Source: Oligoflexales bacterium (GTDB taxonomy: Bacteria; Bdellovibrionota_B; Oligoflexia; Oligoflexales; RGVZ01). Taken from it: a stretch of 64,000 nucleotides of DNA. A program made the position numbers and the translations under genes. Within the stretch, counting starts at the first letter, position 1. The number at the start of each line of letters is the position of its first letter. Shown here one piece after another: positions 51,680-62,833 of the stretch. The notes beneath the pieces are model-generated. The model did not search any database and was not told where the DNA came from. It was given only the letters and a program-made list of their open reading frames with translations. The stretch is from contig JBIIGV010000002.1 of assembly GCA_044236265.1 (NCBI GenBank), positions 1 to 64,000 of the forward strand, given 5' to 3'.

Positions 51680-52219
51680 TTAACGCTGCGCAAATTCGGC
51701 GACAGAATTCAAACGATTTTTCAAACTCAGATCGATAGTGTAATTGCCCAAATGTACAACGACACCGCCAAGAACTTCTTTGTTCACTTCGTTATCCAAT
51801 GTGATTTTTTTGGAGAAGAGCTTTTCGAGGGCTGCTGTTAGCTCCTTTTTTGCGGAATCCGACATCGGTTCAGCCGTAACAGCGGTTGCCCCTGCAAAAC
51901 CGCGCTTGGCTGCAAGCATTTCGCGGTATGCCTTGGAAATTTGCGGAATGTAAGCCGTGCGACCAGCGTCCACCACTTGATTTACGAAATTGGTGAACTC
52001 AGCAGGTGCTTTAGCCTTATCTGCGGCATACGCCAAGACGGCTTTTTTAAGGTCCGAGGGCATGACGGGACTTTTCAAAACTTTTTTCGTTTCAGTCTCA
52101 GCGAAAAGCTCGTCGCAGAGAGAAAGAAATGTCACGGCCTTGTCAGCAAGCGCATCTTCTTTGTCTGATATGCTCAAAAGAGCTTTCGCGTATCGATTTG
52201 CAATAAAACTTGAGCTCAT
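51680..52219 (-). CDS. atpH: ATP synthase F1 delta
   Basis: ANRYAKAL and LGGVVV...IDLS; position before atpA. Confidence 0.92.
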   Translation of the reverse strand: MSSSFIANRYAKALLSISDKEDALADKAVTFLSLCDELFAETETKKVLKSPVMPSDLKKAVLAYAADKAKAPAEFTNFVNQVVDAGRTAYIPQISKAYREMLAAKRGFAGATAVTAEPMSDSAKKELTAALEKLFSKKITLDNEVNKEVLGGVVVHLGNYTIDLSLKNRLNSVAEFAQR

Positions 52220-52250
52220 ATTGTTCTCCGGAGCTTGGCCTTTGTCTGCG

Positions 52251-52766
52251 TTACTGAGGTAGCGTCATGTGAGACGTTTCGGAAATTTTGGACTTAAGAA
52301 TTTTGTCTTTTGAGGACGAGTCTAGTTCTTTCTGAATTTTTTCTTCGGCCTGTTGCTTTGCGGCCAATACAATCTCATGACGAAGCTCTCGCCTGGCGCG
52401 ATCGATTGCATCAACGGCCAATCGGCTGGTCTCATCACGAAGATGGCGGACGAACTTCTCCGCATCTTCTAACAATCGTTTTGATTCTTCATGCGCGGCC
52501 TTTTCACTTTGTGCGGCGAATGATCTCAATTCGTCTTCAAGCGCGTCAAAACGAGATTTAGTTTCAGCAAATGTATTTTTTGCCTCTTCAAGAGCCGCAG
52601 CAGCGGCCTTTGATGCTTTGAGGTAGTTGTCGCGCTTTGACTGCGCCATTGCCGCCAATGGTTTTCTAAAAAGATAAACGGCCGCCGCAAGAAATACGGC
52701 GAAATTAAAGTAAGGAATCAAAACAGCGCTGGTTAGATCTAGATGATGTTCCAATTTAAACTCCAC
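52251..52766 (-). CDS. atpF: ATP synthase Fo subunit b
   Basis: N-terminal TM (YFNFAVFL...RKPL) followed by a coiled coil. Confidence 0.85.
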   Translation of the reverse strand: MEFKLEHHLDLTSAVLIPYFNFAVFLAAAVYLFRKPLAAMAQSKRDNYLKASKAAAAALEEAKNTFAETKSRFDALEDELRSFAAQSEKAAHEESKRLLEDAEKFVRHLRDETSRLAVDAIDRARRELRHEIVLAAKQQAEEKIQKELDSSSKDKILKSKISETSHMTLPQ

Positions 52767-52804
52767 ATATCAACAATAGTCATCAAACAGATGACCCGTT
52801 CAAA

Positions 52805-53236
52805 TCAATGGGTAACCTGTGCAAAGAAGCTTTCGGCGATTTCCTTAATGGTTGCGTCCTTTCTTGAACGCTCTTCTTTCAGATTTGTTTCGATTTCAGA
52901 AAGAATCCGAGCCTGCTCCTTTTTGGCTTCGCTATCTGCTTGCGCCAACAGTGCCGCACGTTTTGTCATGGCGTCGCTTTTAATTTTTTCTCGAGTTGTT
53001 GCTGCGTCTTTGTGAGCTGCGCGCATGCGGCTTGTGATTTTGTCGCCGAGAGCATCGGCCTCCTTCAGAAGAGCTTGTGCTTCGTCCTGACTTCCACCAG
53101 TCGATGCTTCTCTGCGGCTTCTGACCGTTAGGTAGGGTTCAAGAATTAATTTTTTTACGACGATCATGTTAGCTAAAAAAATTGCTGCCTGAGCGCCAAT
53201 AACTATCGGGTCTGGGGTGAGGTTCAATTGAGCCAT
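52805..53236 (-). CDS. ATP synthase Fo subunit b'
   Basis: N-terminal TM, LILEPYL and a coiled coil; tandem with b. Confidence 0.8.
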   Translation of the reverse strand: MAQLNLTPDPIVIGAQAAIFLANMIVVKKLILEPYLTVRSRREASTGGSQDEAQALLKEADALGDKITSRMRAAHKDAATTREKIKSDAMTKRAALLAQADSEAKKEQARILSEIETNLKEERSRKDATIKEIAESFFAQVTH

Positions 53237-53260
53237 GAGTCTCTACCTGCTAATTGAGAA

Positions 53261-53311
53261 AAAATCTAAGCTATCATCAAATCGACAAGCGGCAGAGATA
53301 GCTTAGATTTT
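53261..53311. repeat. Perfect 15-bp inverted repeat upstream of b'
   Basis: AAAATCTAAGCTATC (53261-53275), 21-nt spacer, GATAGCTTAGATTTT (53297-53311). Confidence 0.85.
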
Positions 53312-53366
53312 CCATTGCGGCAACAGTGATTTATCGGGGGATATAGAGTTTCCCGACAAGTGATGA

Positions 53367-54332
53367 TCAATTCATCTTGTGACCAAAGACGGCCAACAAG
53401 CGCTCTAGCTCGGAGGCAGAGAAATAGGAGATTTCAATCTTACCTTTGGCCGCATTTCCGGAAATTTTTACCTTTGTCTTGAGGGTTCCGCGAAGGCTAT
53501 CCGCAAGATATTCGAGATCCGCAGCATCTTTTCCTGTTCTACCGCCAGGCGTTTGCTGGTTTGTTTTATAATTTTTAACTAACTGCTCAGTTTGACGAAC
53601 ATTTAAAGATTTTTTAATAATAATATCTCTGGCTCTTAAAATCAGCTTTCTATCATCAATCGATAGCAACGCTCGACCATGGCCCATAGTTAGACGGCTC
53701 TCAACCAGATCGTCTTGAACCTCCTTCGGCAGATGAAGGATTCGCAAAATATTTGCAACTGTAGAACGCTCTTTGCCCACTTTTTCAGCACATTGCTCTT
53801 GAGTTAGGCCAAAATCGTTAATTAGCGACTGGTAAGCCTCCGCCTCTTCAAGCACGTTTAAATCTTGTCTTTGAATATTTTCGATTAACGCAACCCGAAG
53901 CTGTTCCTGATCGGACATCGGCTCGCGAATAATGGCTGGAATTTTGTCGAGTCCAGCCAAACGGCTCGCTCGTAGTCGACGCTCACCAGCTATTAGAAGA
54001 TAGCGCCCTGGGGTCTCCGTTTTGGTGACAGTAATAGGCTGAATGACGCCGTCAACCTTGATGCTGGCGGCCAGCGCCTTTAGTTCTTCATCTTTGAATA
54101 TTCTTCGCGGCTGATGTGGGTTTACTTCAATCAAATCTTGAGAAAGTTCCACAACACTTCCCTTGGCAACAACCTGGGCCGTCGATGTCTTTTCAGCACC
54201 TTGCCGCGATGAGGCTGGCGTAGATGATTTTACCGTTGATATAGAAGGCTCCTGATCATATTCACCCAAAAGTGATGTGATGCCTTTCCCAAGCGAAGGT
54301 CTTTTCAGGCGGGGGTCGATTTTTTGTGTCAT
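53367..54332 (-). CDS. parB: Chromosome partitioning protein ParB
   Basis: LGKGI, NPHQPR, IAGERRLRA, ENIQRQDL and HTH RSTVANILR. Confidence 0.97.
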   Translation of the reverse strand: MTQKIDPRLKRPSLGKGITSLLGEYDQEPSISTVKSSTPASSRQGAEKTSTAQVVAKGSVVELSQDLIEVNPHQPRRIFKDEELKALAASIKVDGVIQPITVTKTETPGRYLLIAGERRLRASRLAGLDKIPAIIREPMSDQEQLRVALIENIQRQDLNVLEEAEAYQSLINDFGLTQEQCAEKVGKERSTVANILRILHLPKEVQDDLVESRLTMGHGRALLSIDDRKLILRARDIIIKKSLNVRQTEQLVKNYKTNQQTPGGRTGKDAADLEYLADSLRGTLKTKVKISGNAAKGKIEISYFSASELERLLAVFGHKMN

Positions 54333-55165
54333 AGCTGAACTCCCTTAGGCTGGCCTTGCTCAGGCGAAAAGTTTTGGCTCTGTTTGGCTTCAGTCTTACG
54401 CGCCGTCTGACGACGAATAAGCTCACGGGCCACTTCCATATAGGCGATTGCTCCGGTGGAATTGATATCATACAAAATGACTGGTTTCCCGTGCGACGGC
54501 GCTTCTGAGAGGCGCACGTTACGAGGGATCACCGTCGCAAACACCTCCCCTTGAAAGTGTGTGCGAATATCCTGCTCGACTTGGTGACAAAGGTTATTGC
54601 GACGATCATACATCGTTAACAAAATACCCTCTCTTTCGAGGTCGGGGTTTAGTCGACGTTTGATTAAACCAACCGTCTTCAAGAGCTGGCTCAGGCCCTC
54701 CATCGCATAATATTCGCACTGCATGGGGATTAAAACAGAGTGCGCAGCCGTTAGAGCATTTACCGTTAAGATTCCCAACGCTGGTGGACAGTCGATGATG
54801 ATGTAATCGTAGATGTCATCGACCTGGGCAAGAGCGTCTTTCAGGCGAACCTCTCTGCCTATCGCTGTAACTAATTCTATTTCTGCGCCGATCAGATCTT
54901 GGTTTGCGGCTGCCAGGTTGAGACATTTAAGCTCTGTGTGAAGTATGGCGGATTTGATTGGGGCTTCATCAACAAGGACTTGGTACATGCTTGTTTGAAT
55001 GGTTTCGGGGGAAATCCCTAGCCCACTGCCAGCATTAGCTTGAGGATCAAGGTCCACTAAAAGCACCTTTTTCTCAGCTGCGGCCAATGATGCGGCAATG
55101 TTTACAGATGTCGTGGTTTTGCCTACTCCACCCTTTTGATTCGAGACGGCGATGATGCGGGCCAT
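54329..55165 (-). CDS. parA: Chromosome partitioning ATPase ParA (Soj)
   Basis: ATG 55165 with GGAGG RBS; NQKGGVGKTT, DLDPQAN, IDCPP and IPRNVRLSEAPSHG. Confidence 0.97.
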   Translation of the reverse strand: MARIIAVSNQKGGVGKTTTSVNIAASLAAAEKKVLLVDLDPQANAGSGLGISPETIQTSMYQVLVDEAPIKSAILHTELKCLNLAAANQDLIGAEIELVTAIGREVRLKDALAQVDDIYDYIIIDCPPALGILTVNALTAAHSVLIPMQCEYYAMEGLSQLLKTVGLIKRRLNPDLEREGILLTMYDRRNNLCHQVEQDIRTHFQGEVFATVIPRNVRLSEAPSHGKPVILYDINSTGAIAYMEVARELIRRQTARKTEAKQSQNFSPEQGQPKGVQL

Positions 55166-55198
55166 CGTTCCTCCAGTTTTCTGATTTATTCGTCCCGG

Positions 55199-55207
55199 AG
55201 TATAGCA
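55199..55207 (-). promoter_or_regulatory. Extended -10 element for parAB
   Basis: Minus strand TGcTATACT, about 33 nt before the parA ATG. Confidence 0.45.
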
Positions 55208-55238
55208 AAAGTTGCTCGCGTGGCTAGGATCATTTTCA

Positions 55239-55330
55239 TGTTTCACGTGGAACATTCAAATTTTTTCAAAGCATAATGTTTCACGTGGAACACAAACCAA
55301 ACCGAACCAAGAAATGTTTCACGTGAAACA
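55239..55330. promoter_or_regulatory. parS: Three parS centromere sites
   Basis: TGTTTCACGTGGAACA at 55239-55254 and 55277-55292; perfect TGTTTCACGTGAAACA at 55315-55330. Confidence 0.95.
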
Positions 55331-55361
55331 AAAAGGGCCAGCGCCCAAGCGCCGGCCCTTT
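55329..55361 (-). terminator. Rho-independent terminator after atpE
   Basis: Minus strand AAAGGGCCGGCGC-TTGG-GCGCTGGCCCTTT plus a T-run; abuts the third parS. Confidence 0.8.
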
Positions 55362-55377
55362 CAAGTAATGGACTAAA

Positions 55378-55686
55378 TTACTTTTGTAGCCACAGGAATG
55401 CGACTACGAAGCCCAAAAGAGCGGAAAGCTCGATGAAGGCCAAAGAGAGAAGCAGCGGAACGAAAACCGCGTCCTTGCTTCCTGGGTTTCTTGCGATACC
55501 TTCCAAAGCGGACCCAGCAGCCTTACCTTGACCACCGCTGGCACCGATTGCCGCAAGACCCATCGCTAAGGCCGAGCCAATAGCAACCAAGCCACTAGAA
55601 GAAACGCTAGAAGCGTCGCCTTCCGCAAGAGCAACACCGCTTACCATTAAACCAGCTAGAACACCTGCAAATTTCAAAAACTTCAC
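55378..55686 (-). CDS. atpE: ATP synthase Fo subunit c with an N-terminal presequence
   Basis: GASGGQG helix motif, ARNP loop and FIE essential carboxylate; GTG start with GAGG RBS. Confidence 0.95.
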   Translation of the reverse strand: MKFLKFAGVLAGLMVSGVALAEGDASSVSSSGLVAIGSALAMGLAAIGASGGQGKAAGSALEGIARNPGSKDAVFVPLLLSLAFIELSALLGFVVAFLWLQK

Positions 55687-55741
55687 AAAACACCTCTCAT
55701 TAAAAAATAAAATCCGCTAAATAAATCTCAAAGAACCAAAC

Positions 55742-56521
55742 TTAGTGGTCGTGAGAAACAGCCAAAGAAATATAGACACTCGTCAATAGAGTAAACAAAT
55801 AGCTCTGCACGAGTGCTACGAGCAAACCGAAAAACATCAAACCAGAGGGAACAATGATATAGGGAACATTGGTCGAAAAAATGCTAACCAAAAGGTGGTC
55901 CGCAAAAATATTACTCATCAGACGCAAGCTTAGACTTAACGGACGAACAGAATGGCCAATAAGCTCTATTACAAACACCAGGGGCGCCACGGCTAACATC
56001 GGACCAGTAAATTGCTTCAAATAATGGAGACCGTGCTCCTTGAAACCAGCGAAGTTATAGATAACGAACACCATCAAACCGACAGCTAAATTGTTGGAAA
56101 AGTTCTCCGTTGCCGGAATCACACCGGGAACCAAGCCTCCGATATTACTGACAAAAATATACATAAAAATGCCGGCCAGCAGAGGGGAATATGTTTTCCA
56201 CTCAGACCCAAGGATGTCCTTGGCTAGGCCCACACACAGATCCATGGCAGATTCAACGGCAGTTCTCAATCCAAACCGACCTTCCGGAACCACAACATCC
56301 CCAGCCGCCTGGACTCTAGATCTGTACACGACACCAATTAGAGACGTTACAAGCAACACAAAGAGGCCGCCTCCAATAACAACAAAGCGCTCTTCGCTGT
56401 GTTGGTCGCCCCCAATAAGAGCGCGATGAAGCTCAGCATACCAATTTACGATACCGCCTGACGCCAATGCGGGTGACGCAAATCCTGTCAAAGTGAATAG
56501 CAAGCAAAGCAAACGAACCAT
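55742..56521 (-). CDS. atpB: ATP synthase Fo subunit a
   Basis: SNIGGLVPG, RPLSLSLRLMSNIFADH and VQSYLFTLL. Confidence 0.95.
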   Translation of the reverse strand: MVRLLCLLFTLTGFASPALASGGIVNWYAELHRALIGGDQHSEERFVVIGGGLFVLLVTSLIGVVYRSRVQAAGDVVVPEGRFGLRTAVESAMDLCVGLAKDILGSEWKTYSPLLAGIFMYIFVSNIGGLVPGVIPATENFSNNLAVGLMVFVIYNFAGFKEHGLHYLKQFTGPMLAVAPLVFVIELIGHSVRPLSLSLRLMSNIFADHLLVSIFSTNVPYIIVPSGLMFFGLLVALVQSYLFTLLTSVYISLAVSHDH

Positions 56522-56587
56522 GAACCACTCCAAACCTACTGAAAGGTAGCCTAAATCACCTTATTTAAGACACTATGGTTTAGCGCA

Positions 56588-56992
56588 TCAACTCAATACT
56601 CTCAACGTTTTTTCACGTGAAATAAGCTCTCTGGCAACCAAAATAACTGTTACGCTTAAAAGCCCAAGGCTAATGCCGGACACCAAAAACAAAACCGAAA
56701 ATCCCCTATCAACAGCGATATAAATGATGGACAAAGGACCCAGAAACTTAACTACGAGCCAAAATATCCCACTCCTAATCCCACCCTTCAAAGACTGCTG
56801 AAGCAAAACCTTACGCAAAAGCATCTCCAGGCCGGAAAAAGACAGTCCAAAAACGACAAGCCCCAAAGAAAGTGCCCGCCAATTAAATACTTCCAACCAT
56901 GCCGAGAAAAAAATCGCCTGAAGAGCCGCCAATAGGAAATATAGGGGCCAAATAAAACCAACTAATAAAATTTTTGCTCTGTTTTTAATCAC
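56588..56992 (-). CDS. atpI: ATP synthase protein I-like (4 TM)
   Basis: Hydrophobic 134-aa ORF immediately upstream of atpB. Confidence 0.65.
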   Translation of the reverse strand: MIKNRAKILLVGFIWPLYFLLAALQAIFFSAWLEVFNWRALSLGLVVFGLSFSGLEMLLRKVLLQQSLKGGIRSGIFWLVVKFLGPLSIIYIAVDRGFSVLFLVSGISLGLLSVTVILVARELISREKTLRVLS

Positions 56993-57215
56993 CAGTGGTT
57001 TTTTTTGAGTCGATTTTTACAATTAATACCAAAAATTTATAAACAGCATATCCACACAGTACCAACGAAAGTGGCATTGTTGCGATAATCCAATCGAAGC
57101 CCACTGAATACACAGAATTGAGATATTTTGAAAGATAAACACCGCCGACCAAAAAAATGACCAACTCAAAAGATAAAAACATTAGATAACTAAAGCCCAA
57201 TAAAAACTTTTTCAT
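56985..57215 (-). CDS. AtpZ/AtpI-family small 2-TM protein
   Basis: 76 aa with two TM helices and a central GGVYL; overlaps the atpI start; first gene of the Fo block. Confidence 0.6.
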   Translation of the reverse strand: MKKFLLGFSYLMFLSFELVIFLVGGVYLSKYLNSVYSVGFDWIIATMPLSLVLCGYAVYKFLVLIVKIDSKKTTGD

Positions 57216-57219
57216 AATC

Positions 57220-57228
57220 TGTGGATAA
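57220..57228 (-). promoter_or_regulatory. Perfect DnaA box upstream of dnaA
   Basis: TGTGGATAA on +, equal to TTATCCACA on -. An 8/9 box ATATCCACA also lies at 57048-57056. Confidence 0.8.
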
Positions 57229-57300
57229 CTCTAAAAAATCGATATTTCTAACACAATACAACTATCTAAAATCACAAGTAAAAATATCTTACATTGTCAC

Positions 57301-57329
57301 TTGCCCAAGGCAGGTCCCTTTGCTAACGT
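57301..57329 (+). promoter_or_regulatory. Possible dnaA promoter
   Basis: TTGCCC, 17-bp spacer, TAACGT with an extended TG. Confidence 0.35.
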
Positions 57330-57396
57330 TCACGCACCAAAATCAACCGTAGAATGCGCCGCCCTAACATCGGCTAATTATTTGTAGGTAAAACAT

Positions 57397-58779
57397 ATGC
57401 ATCCAACCTCCTCGTTTACACCCTGGGACAATATCAAACAAGCTATCAAAGCACTTGTGCCAAATCAGGAATACACCACATGGGTCGCGCCGCTTGAGTG
57501 CGTCAACGTCACTGGAAACCAACTTCTAATCAAAGCTCCAAACATTCTCTTCTATCAGAGAATCCACGATTCCTACTTGCCACTCATTGAGAAAATTAAA
57601 ACCGAGCTCGGTCTCGATCACTACTTTATTCAATTCGACACCCACAATCCAAGGCAAGACCTCCAAACTGACGAGATCTCCGAGGAAGAGAATCCCATCG
57701 ACCCATCCTCGCAAGATATATCGACTTCGACAAAAAAGGTTTCGGCTGAAAGTTGTCTAAACCCAAATTACACCTTTCAAAATTTTGTTAAAGGTTCCAG
57801 CAACCAGTTTGCAATGTCCACTTGCCAAGCTGTGGCAAACAAACCTGGCCAATCATACAACCCGTTATTTATCTGTGGTAGTTCCGGTCTCGGTAAAACT
57901 CACCTACTTCATGCTGTTGGTAACGAAGTTCTCCGCCAAAATCCGACAGCAAATGTGGCGTACATCACCTCAGAACGATTCATGAACGAAATGATCTATT
58001 GCATTCGTTTCGGCAAAACAATGGAGTTTCGACAGAAGTATCGTTCCTGCGACGTCCTGCTAATTGACGACGTCCAATTTATTTCTGGTGGCAAGAAAGC
58101 AACTCAGGAAGAGTTTTTTCACACATTCAACAGCCTGTACGGTGCCAAAAAGCAAATCGTCATGACATCGGACGTTTTGCCGCAAGCAATACCTGACATC
58201 GAAGATAGACTTCGAAATCGTTTCCAATGGGGACTGATTGCTGACATTCAACCACCTGATGTCGAACATCGGATAGCCATCTTAACCAAGAAAGCTGAAG
58301 CTCTCGGTATAAAACTTGAATCAGACGTTGCCGAATACATTGCAAAGCACAAAAAGAAAGACATTCGCGAACTCGAGGGCGCAGTATTGAGACTTCGCGC
58401 TTTCAGCGAATTTGACAATGTCCCGATTACACTCAATTTAGCTCAAACGATATTTCAAGATTTCTTCGTCGCTGAATCACCTAAAAAACTTTCAGTCGAA
58501 GACATACAAAAAACTGTGGCTGATCATTTTAAGATAAAAATCTCTGATCTGAAGTCCAAGAAAAAACACAGCGCAATTGCACACCCAAGGCAGATCGCTA
58601 TGTTCCTGGCGCGCAAACTGACTCCAGCTTCCTTACCAGAACTGGGACAAAAATTTGGCGGCAAGGACCATACAACGGTGCTTCATAACGTTAAGAAAAT
58701 CGAAGCCGCAATCGTATCGGACTTGGATCTGCGGGCCGTTGTAGACTCATTGCAACGCAATTTAGAGCATCTATCATGA
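57397..58779 (+). CDS. dnaA: Chromosomal replication initiator DnaA
   Basis: YNPLFICGSSGLGKTHL, LIDDVQF, QEEFFHTFN, RELEGA and GGKDHTTVLH. Confidence 0.99.
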   Translation: MHPTSSFTPWDNIKQAIKALVPNQEYTTWVAPLECVNVTGNQLLIKAPNILFYQRIHDSYLPLIEKIKTELGLDHYFIQFDTHNPRQDLQTDEISEEENPIDPSSQDISTSTKKVSAESCLNPNYTFQNFVKGSSNQFAMSTCQAVANKPGQSYNPLFICGSSGLGKTHLLHAVGNEVLRQNPTANVAYITSERFMNEMIYCIRFGKTMEFRQKYRSCDVLLIDDVQFISGGKKATQEEFFHTFNSLYGAKKQIVMTSDVLPQAIPDIEDRLRNRFQWGLIADIQPPDVEHRIAILTKKAEALGIKLESDVAEYIAKHKKKDIRELEGAVLRLRAFSEFDNVPITLNLAQTIFQDFFVAESPKKLSVEDIQKTVADHFKIKISDLKSKKKHSAIAHPRQIAMFLARKLTPASLPELGQKFGGKDHTTVLHNVKKIEAAIVSDLDLRAVVDSLQRNLEHLS

Positions 58780-59040
58780 CAATGAATTGTGGATATCTTG
58801 TGTATTAGTCTTGTGAAAACCCTTGAATCGAATGTTGGCCGACAATGAACAGAATTTTGATGCCAGAAGTTTTCAAATAGAACTCAAAAAGAAACCGAAA
58901 TGATTTCCAAAGACAAACCACAAGAAGAAATGCAGAAAAATCAATTAATAAAGATACTTAGAGAGATATCCACAAAACCAGAGCTGACATACTAAAACAT
59001 ATATCTAAAAGAAAATGACTTTAACCTAATATTGACCTCA
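58780..59040. other. oriC: Putative oriC unwinding region (dnaA-dnaN intergenic)
   Basis: DnaA-box-like TGTGGATAT 58788, TGTGTATTA 58799, TGTGAAAAC 58812 and ATATCCACA 58966; an AT-rich tract follows. Confidence 0.75.
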
Positions 59041-59054
59041 CAAAGGAAACTAAC

Positions 59055-60200
59055 ATGAACCTCAATTTGAAAATAGATCGCAACCTCCTTGGCTTGGCAA
59101 TGAATCGGGTCCAAGGCGCTATGGCTGAAAGAAATCTGGCACACGTCGGACTGAACGCCCGGAAGGGAAGGCTTCATGTAGCAGCCGCGGACCAGGCTTT
59201 AGCGATATTCAATGATTTCCCATGTGAGATTAAGAGCGAGGGACTCGTTTTTGTTCCTGCCAAAATCTTTTCAGATTTAACGAGAGAATTACCAGAAGGC
59301 CTTGTTCAGCTGGAAAAAGATGGTGCCAATCTCAAAGTCACCGCCGGCCCAAACAAAGAATTCACGATGAAACTTCCACTTATCGAGGACGTTCAATGGC
59401 GAGACTCTCCATCGGTTGAATATGAAAATACGGCTAGTATATCCGTGTCCAAGCTGGCCTACATGATTGAACAAGTCGGTAGCTGTGTTGCGACTGATTC
59501 CCCTCGTAACTACGGCACGGTTGCCTTCATGCACCGCCCATCAACTGATAAATCTGCTTTAAGACTTGTTGGTACCGACTCTTTTAGACTGTCGTATTGT
59601 GATATCCGAGTGGATATGCCGGATGCCTTCTTAAAAACGGGTGTCAGCCTAACCAAGAGAGCTCTTCAAGAACTCTCGAAACTGGCCTCTGAGGGATTTG
59701 AACAGGTAAAATTAAGCATTTCTGATGACCAAACCACCTTGGTTGCGGAGGTTCCAAACTTCCAAATCTTCGTAAGATTGTCTGCAGTGAAGTACCCGAA
59801 TTATTCTTCGGTGATACCTGATCTTAAACAACGTGGTGTATTAGTAAGCACAAACCACATGAAAGGCGTCGCACGCCGCGTGTTGCTAGCCGCTGATAAA
59901 AGCAGGGTTTTACAGTTGAGCTTTTCCGATTCATCACTTACCCTTAGTTCGAAGAATACCGCGAACTCTGAGGGCAAAGAACGAATTGGCCTTGAAGGGT
60001 ATCATGGCGCAAAATGTGACATTGCGATAAACGGAAAATATATTACCGATATTGTAAATGTAACTGGCGCTGAAAAGATGTCTTTGCAATTTAAGGACGC
60101 GGTAGAGCCAATCGTCCTGACACCTTATGGTGAGCCGACAGATTGTGCCACAAGACATATCCTCGTTCCTATTACCGGTGGAGCTGAAGCTCACGCGTAA
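59055..60200 (+). CDS. dnaN: DNA polymerase III beta sliding clamp
   Basis: 381 aa after dnaA; VGTDSFRLS, KYPNY and AINGKYI. Confidence 0.9.
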   Translation: MNLNLKIDRNLLGLAMNRVQGAMAERNLAHVGLNARKGRLHVAAADQALAIFNDFPCEIKSEGLVFVPAKIFSDLTRELPEGLVQLEKDGANLKVTAGPNKEFTMKLPLIEDVQWRDSPSVEYENTASISVSKLAYMIEQVGSCVATDSPRNYGTVAFMHRPSTDKSALRLVGTDSFRLSYCDIRVDMPDAFLKTGVSLTKRALQELSKLASEGFEQVKLSISDDQTTLVAEVPNFQIFVRLSAVKYPNYSSVIPDLKQRGVLVSTNHMKGVARRVLLAADKSRVLQLSFSDSSLTLSSKNTANSEGKERIGLEGYHGAKCDIAINGKYITDIVNVTGAEKMSLQFKDAVEPIVLTPYGEPTDCATRHILVPITGGAEAHA

Positions 60201-60265
60201 CAGGGATGAGGCGTTTTCGTGTTTTCGGTTGAAACAAAATTAGCTCAAAACTTTTCGCAAAGTGA

Positions 60266-62803
<2,538 letters not shown>

Positions 62804-62833
62804 GCGGCTACCACTCGCTTAAAGGAATAAATC

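Noticed and set aside
55166..55255. N-terminal extension of ParA starting MFHVKH
   Set aside because: This is the parS palindrome read as codons. The real start is most likely ATG 55165 with a GGAGG RBS.
55239..55330. Repeat-spacer pattern resembling a mini-CRISPR
   Set aside because: The repeats are 16-bp parS palindromes next to parAB, and there are no cas genes.
55420..55545. Na+-coupled ATP synthase
   Set aside because: Helix 1 has Gln, but the essential Glu is followed by Leu and there is no downstream Tyr, so the Na+ signature is incomplete.
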